DNA of 64,000 bases from Candidatus Poribacteria bacterium. GTDB taxonomy: Bacteria > Poribacteria > WGA-4E > PCPOR2b. The DNA is taken from contig OZ244587.1 of assembly GCA_965218095.1 (NCBI GenBank), forward strand, positions 2,848,001 through 2,912,000, read 5' to 3'. Shown here in pieces: positions 50,844 through 60,604 of this stretch. The notes below the pieces were generated by a model. It searched no databases and was not told where the DNA came from. It saw only the letters and a list, made by a program, of their open reading frames with translations. Positions within the stretch are counted from its first letter, which is position 1. Every line of letters begins with the position of its first letter. The position numbers were made by a program, and so were the translations under genes.

Positions 50844-51540
50844 GTGTATTGTTGGATAAACAGAGGGTATACCTATACGGGTATATTTCTTGCATTGATG
50901 GGTGTGTCTTTGATATTCGCGGAGGTCTTGAAGGGGAAGTGGAAACACATTTGCTGCGCCGCTATTCTTGTGCTCGCTGTGGTTGTCTTCATCTTAGGAG
51001 GGATTAACCAGGACAAAACACCTACCATAGGGAAAGCAGCGGGTGTACAGCAGGAGACCGTGGATAAATCGTCAAGCCCAAACAAAGTGCCAAAGGGTAA
51101 AGCCTCAGTTTCAGTCCCCCGCCTGCACAACATGGCTGATATGATGAATCGGATTTTACCCCCCGAGCAACGTGAAAACCCAACGGTTAAAAAAATAATG
51201 GAGATTATGGCCTCCGATTCATTTCAGGAACAGTTTGGAACAACAAGATCCAAAGACGCTGGACGAATTCGTCCAATTCTTTGCTTCACAAGGTTTGCCA
51301 GAGTTATCAAAGATAGATTTTGATAAAGTAATGGCTGATGGCTACCGAATTATTGAGGCGGATTACAAAGCCAAAAACCCCGGTAAAGCTCCTGAGGATG
51401 AAGACGACGTGATGGCACGCCGATTGGCTGCAGCGATAGAGCAGTCCGGGCCGCTGGGGGGCATGGCTAAATTTATGAAGGATCCTAATAGCGATGGATT
51501 AACTGCGCCATTTCGATTACGGCGCTCTCATTATGCCTGA
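50844..51540 (+). pseudogene. Frameshifted, truncated hypothetical membrane protein
   Basis: Overlapping ORFs 50844-51323 and 51235-51540 read as one protein across a shift near 51235. Confidence 0.5.
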
Positions 51541-52041
51541 TTTCTCCAAATCTCTTTGCGCAGGTGAATCCATCCGATTTATAGACAAATCTTGAGGATC
51601 TAGAGGTCGGTGGTGACTGGATCTATGACGATCTTGAGCGGGGCATTGCACACGCAAAGGAGATCGGCAAACCACTGTTTGTCCTTTTCCGCTGAGTCCC
51701 CTGAGAGGTATGCAGAGCCTTCAATGGGCAGGTTGTCCGTCAAGATTCCGAGATTGATGCGCTCCAGAAACAGTTTGTCAGTGTCCGCCTTGTCCAGATG
51801 AAACGGGTGGATCTCGCCCAATTTCAATTCGACTGTGATCTCACCTGGGCGGTATTTTTTATGAACCCTATAAGCGGGCAAAACGCGCGGGGCTCAACAA
51901 CAGAGATATTATCGTCGAGGCTGACGGCAAAACGGGAGCGATGAGCCATGCTCATTAAACCTTTATCAGTCTGGCGATGAACTGCCAATCAAGGCTCTCA
52001 GAGAGAAGGATAAAATTTCCCTCACGATTCTACTGGAATAG
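51492..52041 (+). pseudogene. Remnant of a Trx7/PDZ-type (seleno)protein with a UxxUxxC motif
   Basis: Signal-like segment; WIYDDLERGIAHAKEIGKPLFVLFR-TGA-VP-TGA-EVC; FQFDCDLTWAVFFMN; PDZ tail AGLNNRDIIVEADG..GDELPIK; no start codon, TAG 51582, internal deletion. Confidence 0.72.
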
Positions 52042-52129
52042 AAGCGGAAAATATAATCCAACGTCTCCTTTTCCAACATTATCAGCGACCGGAAGAAGGA
52101 AAGGAAACATGGAAGGAAAGGAAGAAAGT

Positions 52130-52927
52130 ATGATTCACGTTATCGTTGATGGCGCCTGCGGGCGCATGGGTAAGATAATCACGCAAAGCGTTACGCAACA
52201 GGAAGATATGCAGGTTGTCGGCGCCATTGAATTTTCTGAACACCCACAGCTTGGGCAGGACGTGGGGGAAGTGGCTGGGATTGGGACGATTGATGTGCCT
52301 GTTACCAGCAATCTGCCAGCAATCCTGGGGGATGGGGATGTCGTGATTGAGTTCACAACGCCGAGCGCAACAATTGAACACCTCCAGAACGTCGTTGATG
52401 CCGGCAAGCGGATGGTCATTGCGACGACAGGGTACGATGAGGGGGAGCTCGCACGGTTGCATGAGCTCGCCCCACAGATTCCGTGTGTGATGGCAGCCAA
52501 TATGAGTGTTGGCATCAATGTCATGTTGCAAGCGATTCAGTTCCTTGCCAAGGCTTTTGGAGACGATTACGATGTTGAAGTCATTGAAGCACACCATAAT
52601 CAGAAAGTGGATTCACCAAGTGGTACTGCCCTGCGGATGGCTGAAGTCCTCGCTGAAACATTGGATAGGAATCTTCCAGAGGTCGGTGTGTATGGCAGGC
52701 GCGGAATTGTCGGGGCCCGCCCTAAGAAGGAAATCGGTATACATGCCATTCGAGGAGGAGACCTTGCCGGGGATCACACAGTGTTATTCGTTGGTACAGG
52801 TGAACGTCTCGAAATAACGCATCGCGGCCAAAACCGTGAACCGCTTGCACGAGGCGCCATCCGCGCTGCGAGGTGGGTGATGAGTGCACCGAAGGGGTTG
52901 CACGACATCCGGGAAGTGTTGTTCTAA
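52130..52927 (+). CDS. dapB: 4-hydroxy-tetrahydrodipicolinate reductase
   Basis: GACGRMG, EFTTP, IATTG, EAHHNQKVDSPSGTA, RGGDLAGDH. Confidence 0.97.
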   Translation: MIHVIVDGACGRMGKIITQSVTQQEDMQVVGAIEFSEHPQLGQDVGEVAGIGTIDVPVTSNLPAILGDGDVVIEFTTPSATIEHLQNVVDAGKRMVIATTGYDEGELARLHELAPQIPCVMAANMSVGINVMLQAIQFLAKAFGDDYDVEVIEAHHNQKVDSPSGTALRMAEVLAETLDRNLPEVGVYGRRGIVGARPKKEIGIHAIRGGDLAGDHTVLFVGTGERLEITHRGQNREPLARGAIRAARWVMSAPKGLHDIREVLF

Positions 52928-53000
52928 ATGTATGTGTGAAACACTGTGGGAGCGGTTTCATGACCGGGATCGGTTCAGAAGTCGAATTTCTGGTGTTGCA

Positions 53001-53666
53001 TCAACTTTCTCGCACTCGATTCAAGACGAAATTCATCACCTGGTTGATGGTCATGTTGGTTGTGTTTACAACAATCGCATCTTCGGCTGTTTGCAGCGGA
53101 CTATGCTCACGCGAACGATCCATCTGATCGCGAATCCGGATGTCTGCTTCAACTTGCTCCAGTGTCGTCTCAACACCTTTTCCCTGGTGTTCTGCCAGAC
53201 GGCGCCTCGCCCGTTCTTCGACTGGGGCATTGATGTAAAATTTAACATCCGCATCCGGGAATACCACGGTTGTTACATCGCGTCCTTCGATGATGATACC
53301 CCCTTTCTCACCGATCCGGCGCTGCTGCTTCACCAGCTTACGCCGCACTTCAGGAATCTTTGCAATGTCAGGGATGAGGCGCTCGATCTCCGGTGTGCGA
53401 AGGGCATCTGTAATATCTTCACCGTCCAGCAAGGTAATCCTACCGTTATCCGTAAAATCAATTCGACAATTCTTTGCCAGTTCGATCAACGCGGGGACAT
53501 CCGCCGGAGATACGCCCTTGCGGATTGATAATAGCGTCATCGCACGGTACATCGAGCCTGAATTGAGATAAAGATAACCTAACTTATCGGCAAGACGTTG
53601 AGCGATTGTACTTTTTCCTGAACCAGCGGGGCCATCCATCGCAATCGTCAAACGTTTGTTCATCAT
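53001..53666 (-). CDS. cmk: Cytidylate kinase
   Basis: DGPAGSGKST, SGSMYRA, EGRDVTTVVFPDA, RDQMDRSR. Confidence 0.96.
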   Translation of the reverse strand: MMNKRLTIAMDGPAGSGKSTIAQRLADKLGYLYLNSGSMYRAMTLLSIRKGVSPADVPALIELAKNCRIDFTDNGRITLLDGEDITDALRTPEIERLIPDIAKIPEVRRKLVKQQRRIGEKGGIIIEGRDVTTVVFPDADVKFYINAPVEERARRRLAEHQGKGVETTLEQVEADIRIRDQMDRSREHSPLQTAEDAIVVNTTNMTINQVMNFVLNRVRES

Positions 53667-54559
53667 CCCTCCAATGCATCCCTTAGCGTTTTCGAGTGCG
53701 TCAGGACATGCTCAATCTCAACATCGTCCCGATTTTTGAGCAGGGCTTTGAATTCGGTGAGATTTTCGATCACGGCATCAATCATCGGTAGAAGCGAATA
53801 CGCATTTTGCATGAAGATTCCCGTCCAGATCTCTGGTGAACCGGCAGCAATCCGTGTTGTATCACGGAAGCCGCTTGCGGCGAAATCTAATGCCCTTGCT
53901 GAGTCAACCCCGATTTCTCCGACTATATTTGTCAAGATGGAAGCGATAAGGTGAGGCAGGTGACTGGCGCCGGCGATGAGCGCGTCGTGGTCAGCCGGGG
54001 AGAAACAATAGAGTCGCGATCCAACAAACTTCCAGAGATCTATAATGACCTGCAATGCTTGCGGGTGGGTGTTGTCTGTCGGGGTTACGATGCACTTTGC
54101 ACCATCAAACAGATCCGCGCAGGCTGCTGTGACGCCCGTTTTTTCAGATCCAGCCATCGGATGCGATCCGACGAAATGCAGATGATGATATTCAAAAGCG
54201 GTCAAGAGGTGTTCGATTTGTTCAACAATTTGTCCTTTGACGCTACCGACATCGGTGATCAATAAAGGTCCGGCATCAGATATCCGGACTTCCCCGATAC
54301 GCTGAACCATTGCCGGGATGAAATCGACCGGTGTTCCAATAACTACCAGATCGGCGTGACGAACTCCTACCTCAAAGTCGGTTGTCGCATGGTCAATCGC
54401 ACGACGTTCACATGCGATTGCGAGCGTGCTCATCCGTCGGCCAAGTCCAGTAATTTCGCCCTGGAACCCTTTTGCCTTCAACGCCAATCCGAGTGATCCG
54501 CCGATTAAGCCAACGCCTAAAATTGTGATATTCTGAATCTGGTCAAAGTCATCAATCAT
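53663..54559 (-). CDS. tyrA: Prephenate dehydrogenase (start uncertain; ORF extends to 54634)
   Basis: GVGLIGGS, TDVGSVK, SHPMAGSE, SHLPH, GFRDTTRIA. Confidence 0.95.
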   Translation of the reverse strand: MIDDFDQIQNITILGVGLIGGSLGLALKAKGFQGEITGLGRRMSTLAIACERRAIDHATTDFEVGVRHADLVVIGTPVDFIPAMVQRIGEVRISDAGPLLITDVGSVKGQIVEQIEHLLTAFEYHHLHFVGSHPMAGSEKTGVTAACADLFDGAKCIVTPTDNTHPQALQVIIDLWKFVGSRLYCFSPADHDALIAGASHLPHLIASILTNIVGEIGVDSARALDFAASGFRDTTRIAAGSPEIWTGIFMQNAYSLLPMIDAVIENLTEFKALLKNRDDVEIEHVLTHSKTLRDALEG

Positions 54560-54576
54560 ATCCTCTATACGCCCAC

Positions 54577-54648
54577 TCTCCACCACCGCGCAGAGCCAGG
54601 TCTCCACCACCGCGCAGAGCCAGGTCTCCACCACCGCGCAGAGCCAGG
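54577..54648. repeat. Perfect 3 x 24-bp tandem repeat TCTCCACCACCGCGCAGAGCCAGG
   Basis: Read directly; no spacers. Confidence 0.95.
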
Positions 54649-54878
54649 GAAGACTGCCTCAATCGCTTAATCAAAGTTCATTGAAAGGTCGCGCCCCATT
54701 TTAGACATTTTAAGTGTTCCTTGAGTTTTTGTCAAGCCCTTTTTATGTTGCTAACTGGAGCGAACCGATCCCTCGACTTGAGATTTCTCCGCTGCGGTTT
54801 GTTCAGCAGTCATGATAATACCTCAATTTCAAGGCGTGTTGAGAATCCGTGGTCGCCAATTCTCAACACACCTTATGT

Positions 54879-55925
54879 TTATAGCTCCGGCGCCGGCACG
54901 CCATAGGAAGCCGCTGCTTCAACTAGGCGGTTCCACGTCTTTTCTTCGATTGGGATACCCGCTTTCATACGCTTCTTTCGGTTACGTTCCTCGAATTCCC
55001 CGGGGACATAGATTTCGTCAACGCCAGGCAGTCTTGCGGAGGACTTTACCCACTCTGTGAGGTACTCGATTTCCTGTTGGTAGACTTCGAGATCGATGAA
55101 ATCCTGAATCTTGATGGCGATCATCACGATTCCACTCCCACCACGCGTTGGTCTTTCACGACTGCAACCCGCCCACGAGAGACCACCGGCGATCGCATCG
55201 ATCATGAACCCTAAACCGGAACCTTTGTGTCCAAATTGAAAACCGCCGACCGGCATCACCGCCGTATCGTCGTGTCGATCTCGAAACGCATTCGGATCTG
55301 TGACAGGTTTTCCGTCCGAATCGATCATCCAGCCCTCTGGCATCTCCTCGTCGCGTGCGATTTTGACGAGTATTTTTCCTCCAGCAACAACACTCATCGT
55401 CATGTCAAGCATTAATGGTTCACCGTTTTTGCGCGGGACAGAGATGGCAATCGGATTGGGAGGCAGCCGCCGTGATGTGCCGCCAAACGAGTGCATAAAC
55501 CGACCGCCGCCATTCAGCAGCACGATGCCGATCATTCCCACCTTCGCGGCTCGCGGTGGATAAGTCCCCATCCGTCCGGCGTGCCCGCAGTGGTGTAGTC
55601 CAACCGCGCCGAATGTGTTCGTTTTCGCTTTTTCAACCGCCAAATCCATCGCTTTCTGCGCTGCGACCATGCCAAGGGCGCCGTTGGCATTAATCACTGC
55701 GGTTGCTGGCGTTTCACGGACAATCTCCATTTTATCCGCCGATGGGCCGCCCTTCATACCGTTGGCGTAGCTAGGGGCATGAATGACACCGTGTGAATCG
55801 TGTCCCATCAGGTTGGAATCCACAACGTGATCGCTGACGATCTGGGCATCTTCTTCAACGCCCCCGGCAGCGATGTTCATATCATAAACGAACTTCCTGA
55901 GGACTTCGTGATGAATCGTAAGCAT
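54879..55925 (-). CDS. Ldh_2 family (malate/L-lactate/sulfolactate-type) oxidoreductase
   Basis: GHDSHGV, GHAGRMG, NPIAISVP, LDMTMS, GHKGSGL, YVPGE. Confidence 0.92.
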   Translation of the reverse strand: MLTIHHEVLRKFVYDMNIAAGGVEEDAQIVSDHVVDSNLMGHDSHGVIHAPSYANGMKGGPSADKMEIVRETPATAVINANGALGMVAAQKAMDLAVEKAKTNTFGAVGLHHCGHAGRMGTYPPRAAKVGMIGIVLLNGGGRFMHSFGGTSRRLPPNPIAISVPRKNGEPLMLDMTMSVVAGGKILVKIARDEEMPEGWMIDSDGKPVTDPNAFRDRHDDTAVMPVGGFQFGHKGSGLGFMIDAIAGGLSWAGCSRERPTRGGSGIVMIAIKIQDFIDLEVYQQEIEYLTEWVKSSARLPGVDEIYVPGEFEERNRKKRMKAGIPIEEKTWNRLVEAAASYGVPAPEL

Positions 55926-55936
55926 GAAAAACCTCC

Positions 55937-56923
55937 TTACTGATATTTTTTACGATTCTCTAGTAATTGCAATTGTACAGTTTGATGTTCAGCCTGTTGT
56001 TTGACAAATTGTGTGATTGATATTTTACTTTTTAGAAATATTTTCGTGTAATCGATCACTTTGGCTGACTCGGGACGGTGAAATTCTGGATATAACGCTT
56101 CCCAATCTCGGTTACGGATTGTGACAACTTCGTCTAAATAAAAACTGACCCAGACATTTCCAACCTTGGAGTTCGATGCTTGTTGTTTCACTTTATCACG
56201 GGCGAGCGTTGCGTAAACTTGATCAAGTTCAAAACCGATGTAGTGCCGTCCGAGTCGTTTTGCAGCAATTGCTGTTGTTCCTGTCCCCAAAAACGGGTCA
56301 AGCACAATATCGCCTTCGTCAGTGGACATTAAGATGATGCGTTCTAATAAATGAATCGGTAACTGACAAGGATGCGGGTCGCGATATTTGTTGTGCTTTA
56401 TCCGATGAATATCTGTCCACGCATCCGAAACAAGCGGCCCAAAAGGATGCAAACTCCCCTTTTTTCCGCCATAGTCCTTATGCAGATAGTTGCATTTACG
56501 ACAACGTTTGTGTGGATAGCGAATTTCGTAAAATTTATTTTGCTTCGCATCTTTGGCATAAAACAGGATGCCGTAATGCGCGGGCTGAAGCGTTTTCCCC
56601 ATTGGGGCTGTGGGTGCGTCCCACGAAATCCAATGCTTAAAATCAGCGAACTTGTTCAAAAAGCCCGCATAGTACGTCAGCCATTTGGGGATGTTATGCA
56701 CAAAAATTGACCCTGTTCCCTTCGTAACGCGCACCATCTCCGAAATCCATTTTTCGCACCAGTGCAGATATTCCTCTAACTCAAGGCTATCCCTCATGCT
56801 GTTATACTTCTTCTTCAGATTAAAAGGTGGATCTGCAAACGTGATATTGACGCTATTGTCGGGAATTTGACGAAGCAATTGGAGACAATCCCCTTGAATA
56901 ATCTGATTGATATATGCTTCCAT
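55937..56923 (-). CDS. Beta-class amino (N4/N6) DNA methyltransferase
   Basis: FADPPFNL precedes HPCQLP and LDPFLGTGTT. Confidence 0.9.
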   Translation of the reverse strand: MEAYINQIIQGDCLQLLRQIPDNSVNITFADPPFNLKKKYNSMRDSLELEEYLHWCEKWISEMVRVTKGTGSIFVHNIPKWLTYYAGFLNKFADFKHWISWDAPTAPMGKTLQPAHYGILFYAKDAKQNKFYEIRYPHKRCRKCNYLHKDYGGKKGSLHPFGPLVSDAWTDIHRIKHNKYRDPHPCQLPIHLLERIILMSTDEGDIVLDPFLGTGTTAIAAKRLGRHYIGFELDQVYATLARDKVKQQASNSKVGNVWVSFYLDEVVTIRNRDWEALYPEFHRPESAKVIDYTKIFLKSKISITQFVKQQAEHQTVQLQLLENRKKYQ

Positions 56924-57327
56924 TATTTTTGAATTTCCTTTCTCAAAAATTTCTCAAATCGTGAGATTTCGTCCTTGTGGAAAGTGCAAACGCCTTCGTA
57001 AGCAACTACCAGCCGTCTCAAATCGTGCCTACAAACATACTATCTAACCACGCTTTGAGGCTCTCTAATGGCTCATTGGGGCACCACATTTTTTAATACC
57101 AGCTTTGATAATTCTGCATTATCAACCGCACGAATGAGCGTGATGAGTCGCTTGAAGGATTCATTGGAAAATCCGGTTAGAGCTAAGAGCGTGGTCAAGC
57201 CGTTTTCTTTTTCAAGTAATCCCTCAATAAGCTCTTTCCTTAAACCACTAGTTTCCACACTGTTTTTGAGAACAAGTAGCGTTTCCTTTATTGAATTCAA
57301 GTAGCCTTCGTATCTTTCCTCAAACAC
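56923..57327 (-). pseudogene. Remnant of a probable cognate type II restriction endonuclease (DpnII-like by recall)
   Basis: N-part LLALTGFSNE..RLITLIR joined to C-part *YVCRHDLRRLVVAY..TFHKDEISRF; its TAA overlaps the MTase ATG (TAATG). Confidence 0.55.
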
Positions 57328-57598
57328 TAACCTGACGGGGTCGTAAGAATCGCACGGGCTGAGTTCGGTAAATCGCCGAGATGGTTGAATATCTGCTTCT
57401 GTACCGGCTCCAGCGGTTAATCACCTCTCTGAATCGTTCAAAAGTGCCCATGTCAAGTGAGGTTTCTGTTGGTTTGACGTCACTCAGACACATTGTCATT
57501 ATAGCATTGCAAAACGGGAAACTTAAGAACATTATCCAGTTGACCAGGGTTATTGGGTTGAGGCGTGTGCATAATTCCGTGAGACTTCCCTTATTTTT

Positions 57599-58678
57599 CT
57601 ATCTAAACTTAGGTTGTCTCGGAGCGCGCTCTCTCTGCAACCGCAGCTTCGACCCCTTCAACGGAAGCTTGACCCGCGCCCCACTCTGCAAGTGCGACTC
57701 CATGAACGCAAAGATTAATTCCGTGCTTGCATGTGCCACGCGGACACCGCAGCGTGATGGCTCGCCGGTGTCGAGTGAGTGAACCAGATCTTTGATGAGA
57801 TTCGCCGTGCTGCTCGTGCGTTCAAACTCAGGAAAAGTCTCCGGTACGAAGCAATTCCCCCAACCGGGAACATCGACTTGGTGCCGGAGATGCCACTGCC
57901 AACCATTATTCCAGCATGTGACGCTACCCCTTTCACAGATTGCCTCCCACTCGCTGCTGCGCGGAGAGAGAAGGGCATGCGCCATGACGCCGTTTTCAAA
58001 CTGAATCATCCCATGGCCATTCGGATCTTCCCGGACAATATCTCCGTCGAAGATGTCGTCGTCATCAGTGAGATGCGCAGATACCCACAAAGCGCGGCGA
58101 TCGCTGTTCAGACGCAAGATTAGGTCGAATTGATGACTGGAACCGTTAAAAAGCGAGTGGTTCGAGTAAATGATTAGCGTCTTGAGCGCCCCCAACTCAC
58201 CGCTGTCGATAACCTCCTTCATCTTGTCAAAGCCAGTGTCCCAACGGCGATTCGTTCCCAAGTTGAAGAAGGCCCCGTTGCGCTCTACCGCTTCCACCAT
58301 CGCATCCGCTTCGTCCATCGAAGCCGCCATCGCCTTTTCCGCGTAGATTGCCTTGACCCCGTGCTCCACCGTGTGGATGATAACTTCGGCGCGGTGCTCC
58401 GGCTGCGTTGCCACACTCACGATGTCCAGGTTCTCTTTGTCGATGAGCTCCCGATAGTCGGTGTACTGCTGTTCTTTTGGCACATCGTACCGCTCTCCGA
58501 ACACCTCCATGACCTCTGTCCGCAGGTCTGAACAAGCGACGAGATCGGTCCGTTCCTCTGCATAAAAGCCCGCCGCGTGTGAATACGGCAGCTTAATTGC
58601 TTGATAATCCGGCACTTCATTGTCGATAAATGCGCCCATCCGGCTACAACCGATGACAGCGGCGCGGTAGGTTTTCAT
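57599..58678 (-). CDS. Gfo/Idh/MocA family oxidoreductase
   Basis: AAVIGCSRMG, DIVSVAT..H, YAEKAMA. Confidence 0.9.
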   Translation of the reverse strand: MKTYRAAVIGCSRMGAFIDNEVPDYQAIKLPYSHAAGFYAEERTDLVACSDLRTEVMEVFGERYDVPKEQQYTDYRELIDKENLDIVSVATQPEHRAEVIIHTVEHGVKAIYAEKAMAASMDEADAMVEAVERNGAFFNLGTNRRWDTGFDKMKEVIDSGELGALKTLIIYSNHSLFNGSSHQFDLILRLNSDRRALWVSAHLTDDDDIFDGDIVREDPNGHGMIQFENGVMAHALLSPRSSEWEAICERGSVTCWNNGWQWHLRHQVDVPGWGNCFVPETFPEFERTSSTANLIKDLVHSLDTGEPSRCGVRVAHASTELIFAFMESHLQSGARVKLPLKGSKLRLQRERAPRQPKFR

Positions 58679-58894
58679 TAGTTGTCCTCCATTGTGTCAA
58701 GAGTGATTATGATGTCCGATAATATGAACTGCCCTCTTTAATGTTAGCGCCAAAAATACTGTGCCCAAGTGGGAGTCAATGGTCACAACAGTTTCGTTGT
58801 CTTCAGTAGAGGAAATAAGAAAGGCTAGGAGTTGCAAGGAGCACCTTAATCTTGACTGACATATTCGTTCCTTCCATTCTTCCCTTTCTTTCAC

Positions 58895-60346
58895 TTATGT
58901 GTCAAATCCGTATTCCTTCCACCGCTTGTCCACAAGATCGACAATCTCCTGGGACATCTTGATTTCATCGGGCCACTCCCGCTGATAACCTTCCTCACGC
59001 CACTTGGTCGTTGCATCGATTCCCATCTTCGACCCTGCTCCTATCAGCGGCGCGGCGTGGTCGAGGACATCAACGGGGCCCTCAACAATGGTCACATCGC
59101 GCTTTGGATCAACGTTGCTACCGACGCGGAAAAATACCTCCTCCACGTTCTGCACATCGACATCTTTATCGACAACGATGATGATTTTGCTGAACATCAG
59201 TTGTCCGAGTCCCCACAGGCTGTGCATGATCTTCTTCGCGTGGAAGGGATAGCGTTTGTCGATTGAGACTAAGGCAAAGTTGTGGAACACACCGAACAGC
59301 GGCAGGTTCATATCGACCAGTTCTGGCAGTTGCGTTTTGATCAGCGGCAGAAAGATCCGTTCCGTCGCCTTGCCCATGTAGCAGTCCTCCATCGGTGGCT
59401 TGCCGACGATGATCGTTTGGTAGATGGGGCGCTTGCGGTGTGTGATGGCAGTGATGTGAAAGACAGGATATTCGTCCGCAAGAGAGTAGTAGCCGGTGTG
59501 ATCGCCGAAGGGGCCCTCCATGCAGATTTCGTCCGGTTCGATATACCCTTCAATCACAATGTCGGCGTCTGCGGGGACAAGCATATCGATTGTTTTGCTC
59601 TGCACCATCGGCACATTGGCTTTGCGGAGAAAACCAGCAAACAGGAGTTCATCGATCCCAGTCGGAAGCGGAGCGGTGCCGATATAGGACATGACCGGAT
59701 CACCGCCGATGGCAACCGCAACGGGCATCCGCTCACCCGCTTCACGGTATTCGCGGTGATGGGCGGCGCCATCATGGTGAATCTGCCAGTGCATCGCCAG
59801 GGTGCGCTCATCGAGTTTTTGCAGTCGGTACGTGCCGACGTTGCGCTGACCGGTTTTTAAGCTGTGCGTGAAAACCTGGGGCAGGGTGATATATTTGTCC
59901 GCATCAAGGGGCCAGCACTTGATAATCGGGAGGCGGTCTAATGAGACACGATCGCCGGTTAGCACCTCCTCCTGGCAGGCCCCGCGTCTGACCGTTTTCG
60001 GCGGAAACTTCGTCAGTTTCCCCAGAATGCCAAGGAGTTTTACCTTGTCGATGAGTGATTCCGGGGGACCGACCTTGATCATGCCTTCAATCTCGTCGGC
60101 GATTTCGTCCAGGTCTTCCACACCAAGCGACATCACCATTCGCTGATAGGAGCCAAAGGCGTTGATTAGCAGGGGCATTCTGCTCCCCTCGACCTTTTCA
60201 AACAGCAGGGCGGGGCCGCCTGCCTTACTTACCTGATCGGTGATTTGCGAAATTTCGAGATCGGGAGATACTTTGGCTTTGATGCGCTTTAATTCACCGG
60301 CGTCCTCTAAAGTTTTAACAAAATCTCTGAGGCTCGAATATGCCAT
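58895..60346 (-). CDS. ubiD: UbiD-family decarboxylase (likely menaquinone/futalosine-pathway type)
   Basis: GPALLFE, NVGTYR, EGPFGDHTGYY, VGKPPMED, KMGIDAT. Confidence 0.9.
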   Translation of the reverse strand: MAYSSLRDFVKTLEDAGELKRIKAKVSPDLEISQITDQVSKAGGPALLFEKVEGSRMPLLINAFGSYQRMVMSLGVEDLDEIADEIEGMIKVGPPESLIDKVKLLGILGKLTKFPPKTVRRGACQEEVLTGDRVSLDRLPIIKCWPLDADKYITLPQVFTHSLKTGQRNVGTYRLQKLDERTLAMHWQIHHDGAAHHREYREAGERMPVAVAIGGDPVMSYIGTAPLPTGIDELLFAGFLRKANVPMVQSKTIDMLVPADADIVIEGYIEPDEICMEGPFGDHTGYYSLADEYPVFHITAITHRKRPIYQTIIVGKPPMEDCYMGKATERIFLPLIKTQLPELVDMNLPLFGVFHNFALVSIDKRYPFHAKKIMHSLWGLGQLMFSKIIIVVDKDVDVQNVEEVFFRVGSNVDPKRDVTIVEGPVDVLDHAAPLIGAGSKMGIDATTKWREEGYQREWPDEIKMSQEIVDLVDKRWKEYGFDT

Positions 60347-60369
60347 TTTTTCACCTTGATAATTCGACT

Positions 60370-60507
60370 TTCACAGACTGTATCATTGAAATTACTCAGC
60401 GAGGTTGTCAAATCATATTCATCAATTTGAAAATCATCATCTTGATCGGCGTAATCGTCGAACCATTCTTCTGTCTCAGATCTATTTACATTGTCAAGGG
60501 TGATCAT
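60370..60507 (-). pseudogene. Possible N-terminal stub of a DUF262 (GmrSD-like) protein
   Basis: Acidic leader plus IDEYDLTTSLSNFN, then lost. Confidence 0.35.
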
Positions 60508-60604
60508 AGTTATTATCTTCCTTCAAATTAGTCAGCTTTCTAATTTTACCAGATTCATGGAGAGGCTTCAATTGAATTGATCACAATTTAGCTCGACTTC
60601 AGTG

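Noticed and set aside
54577-54648. Mini-CRISPR
   Set aside because: The repeats are contiguous, with no spacers.
8183-57042. Genome-wide TAG reassignment
   Set aside because: TAG replaces both Trp and Gln and also ends normal genes (20305, 27269, 39035, 43222); several affected genes have other lesions.
58713-58723. Extra dif-like site ATGTCCGATAA (weaker matches near 50587 and 32677)
   Set aside because: Half sites only, with no opposing arm or cassette context.
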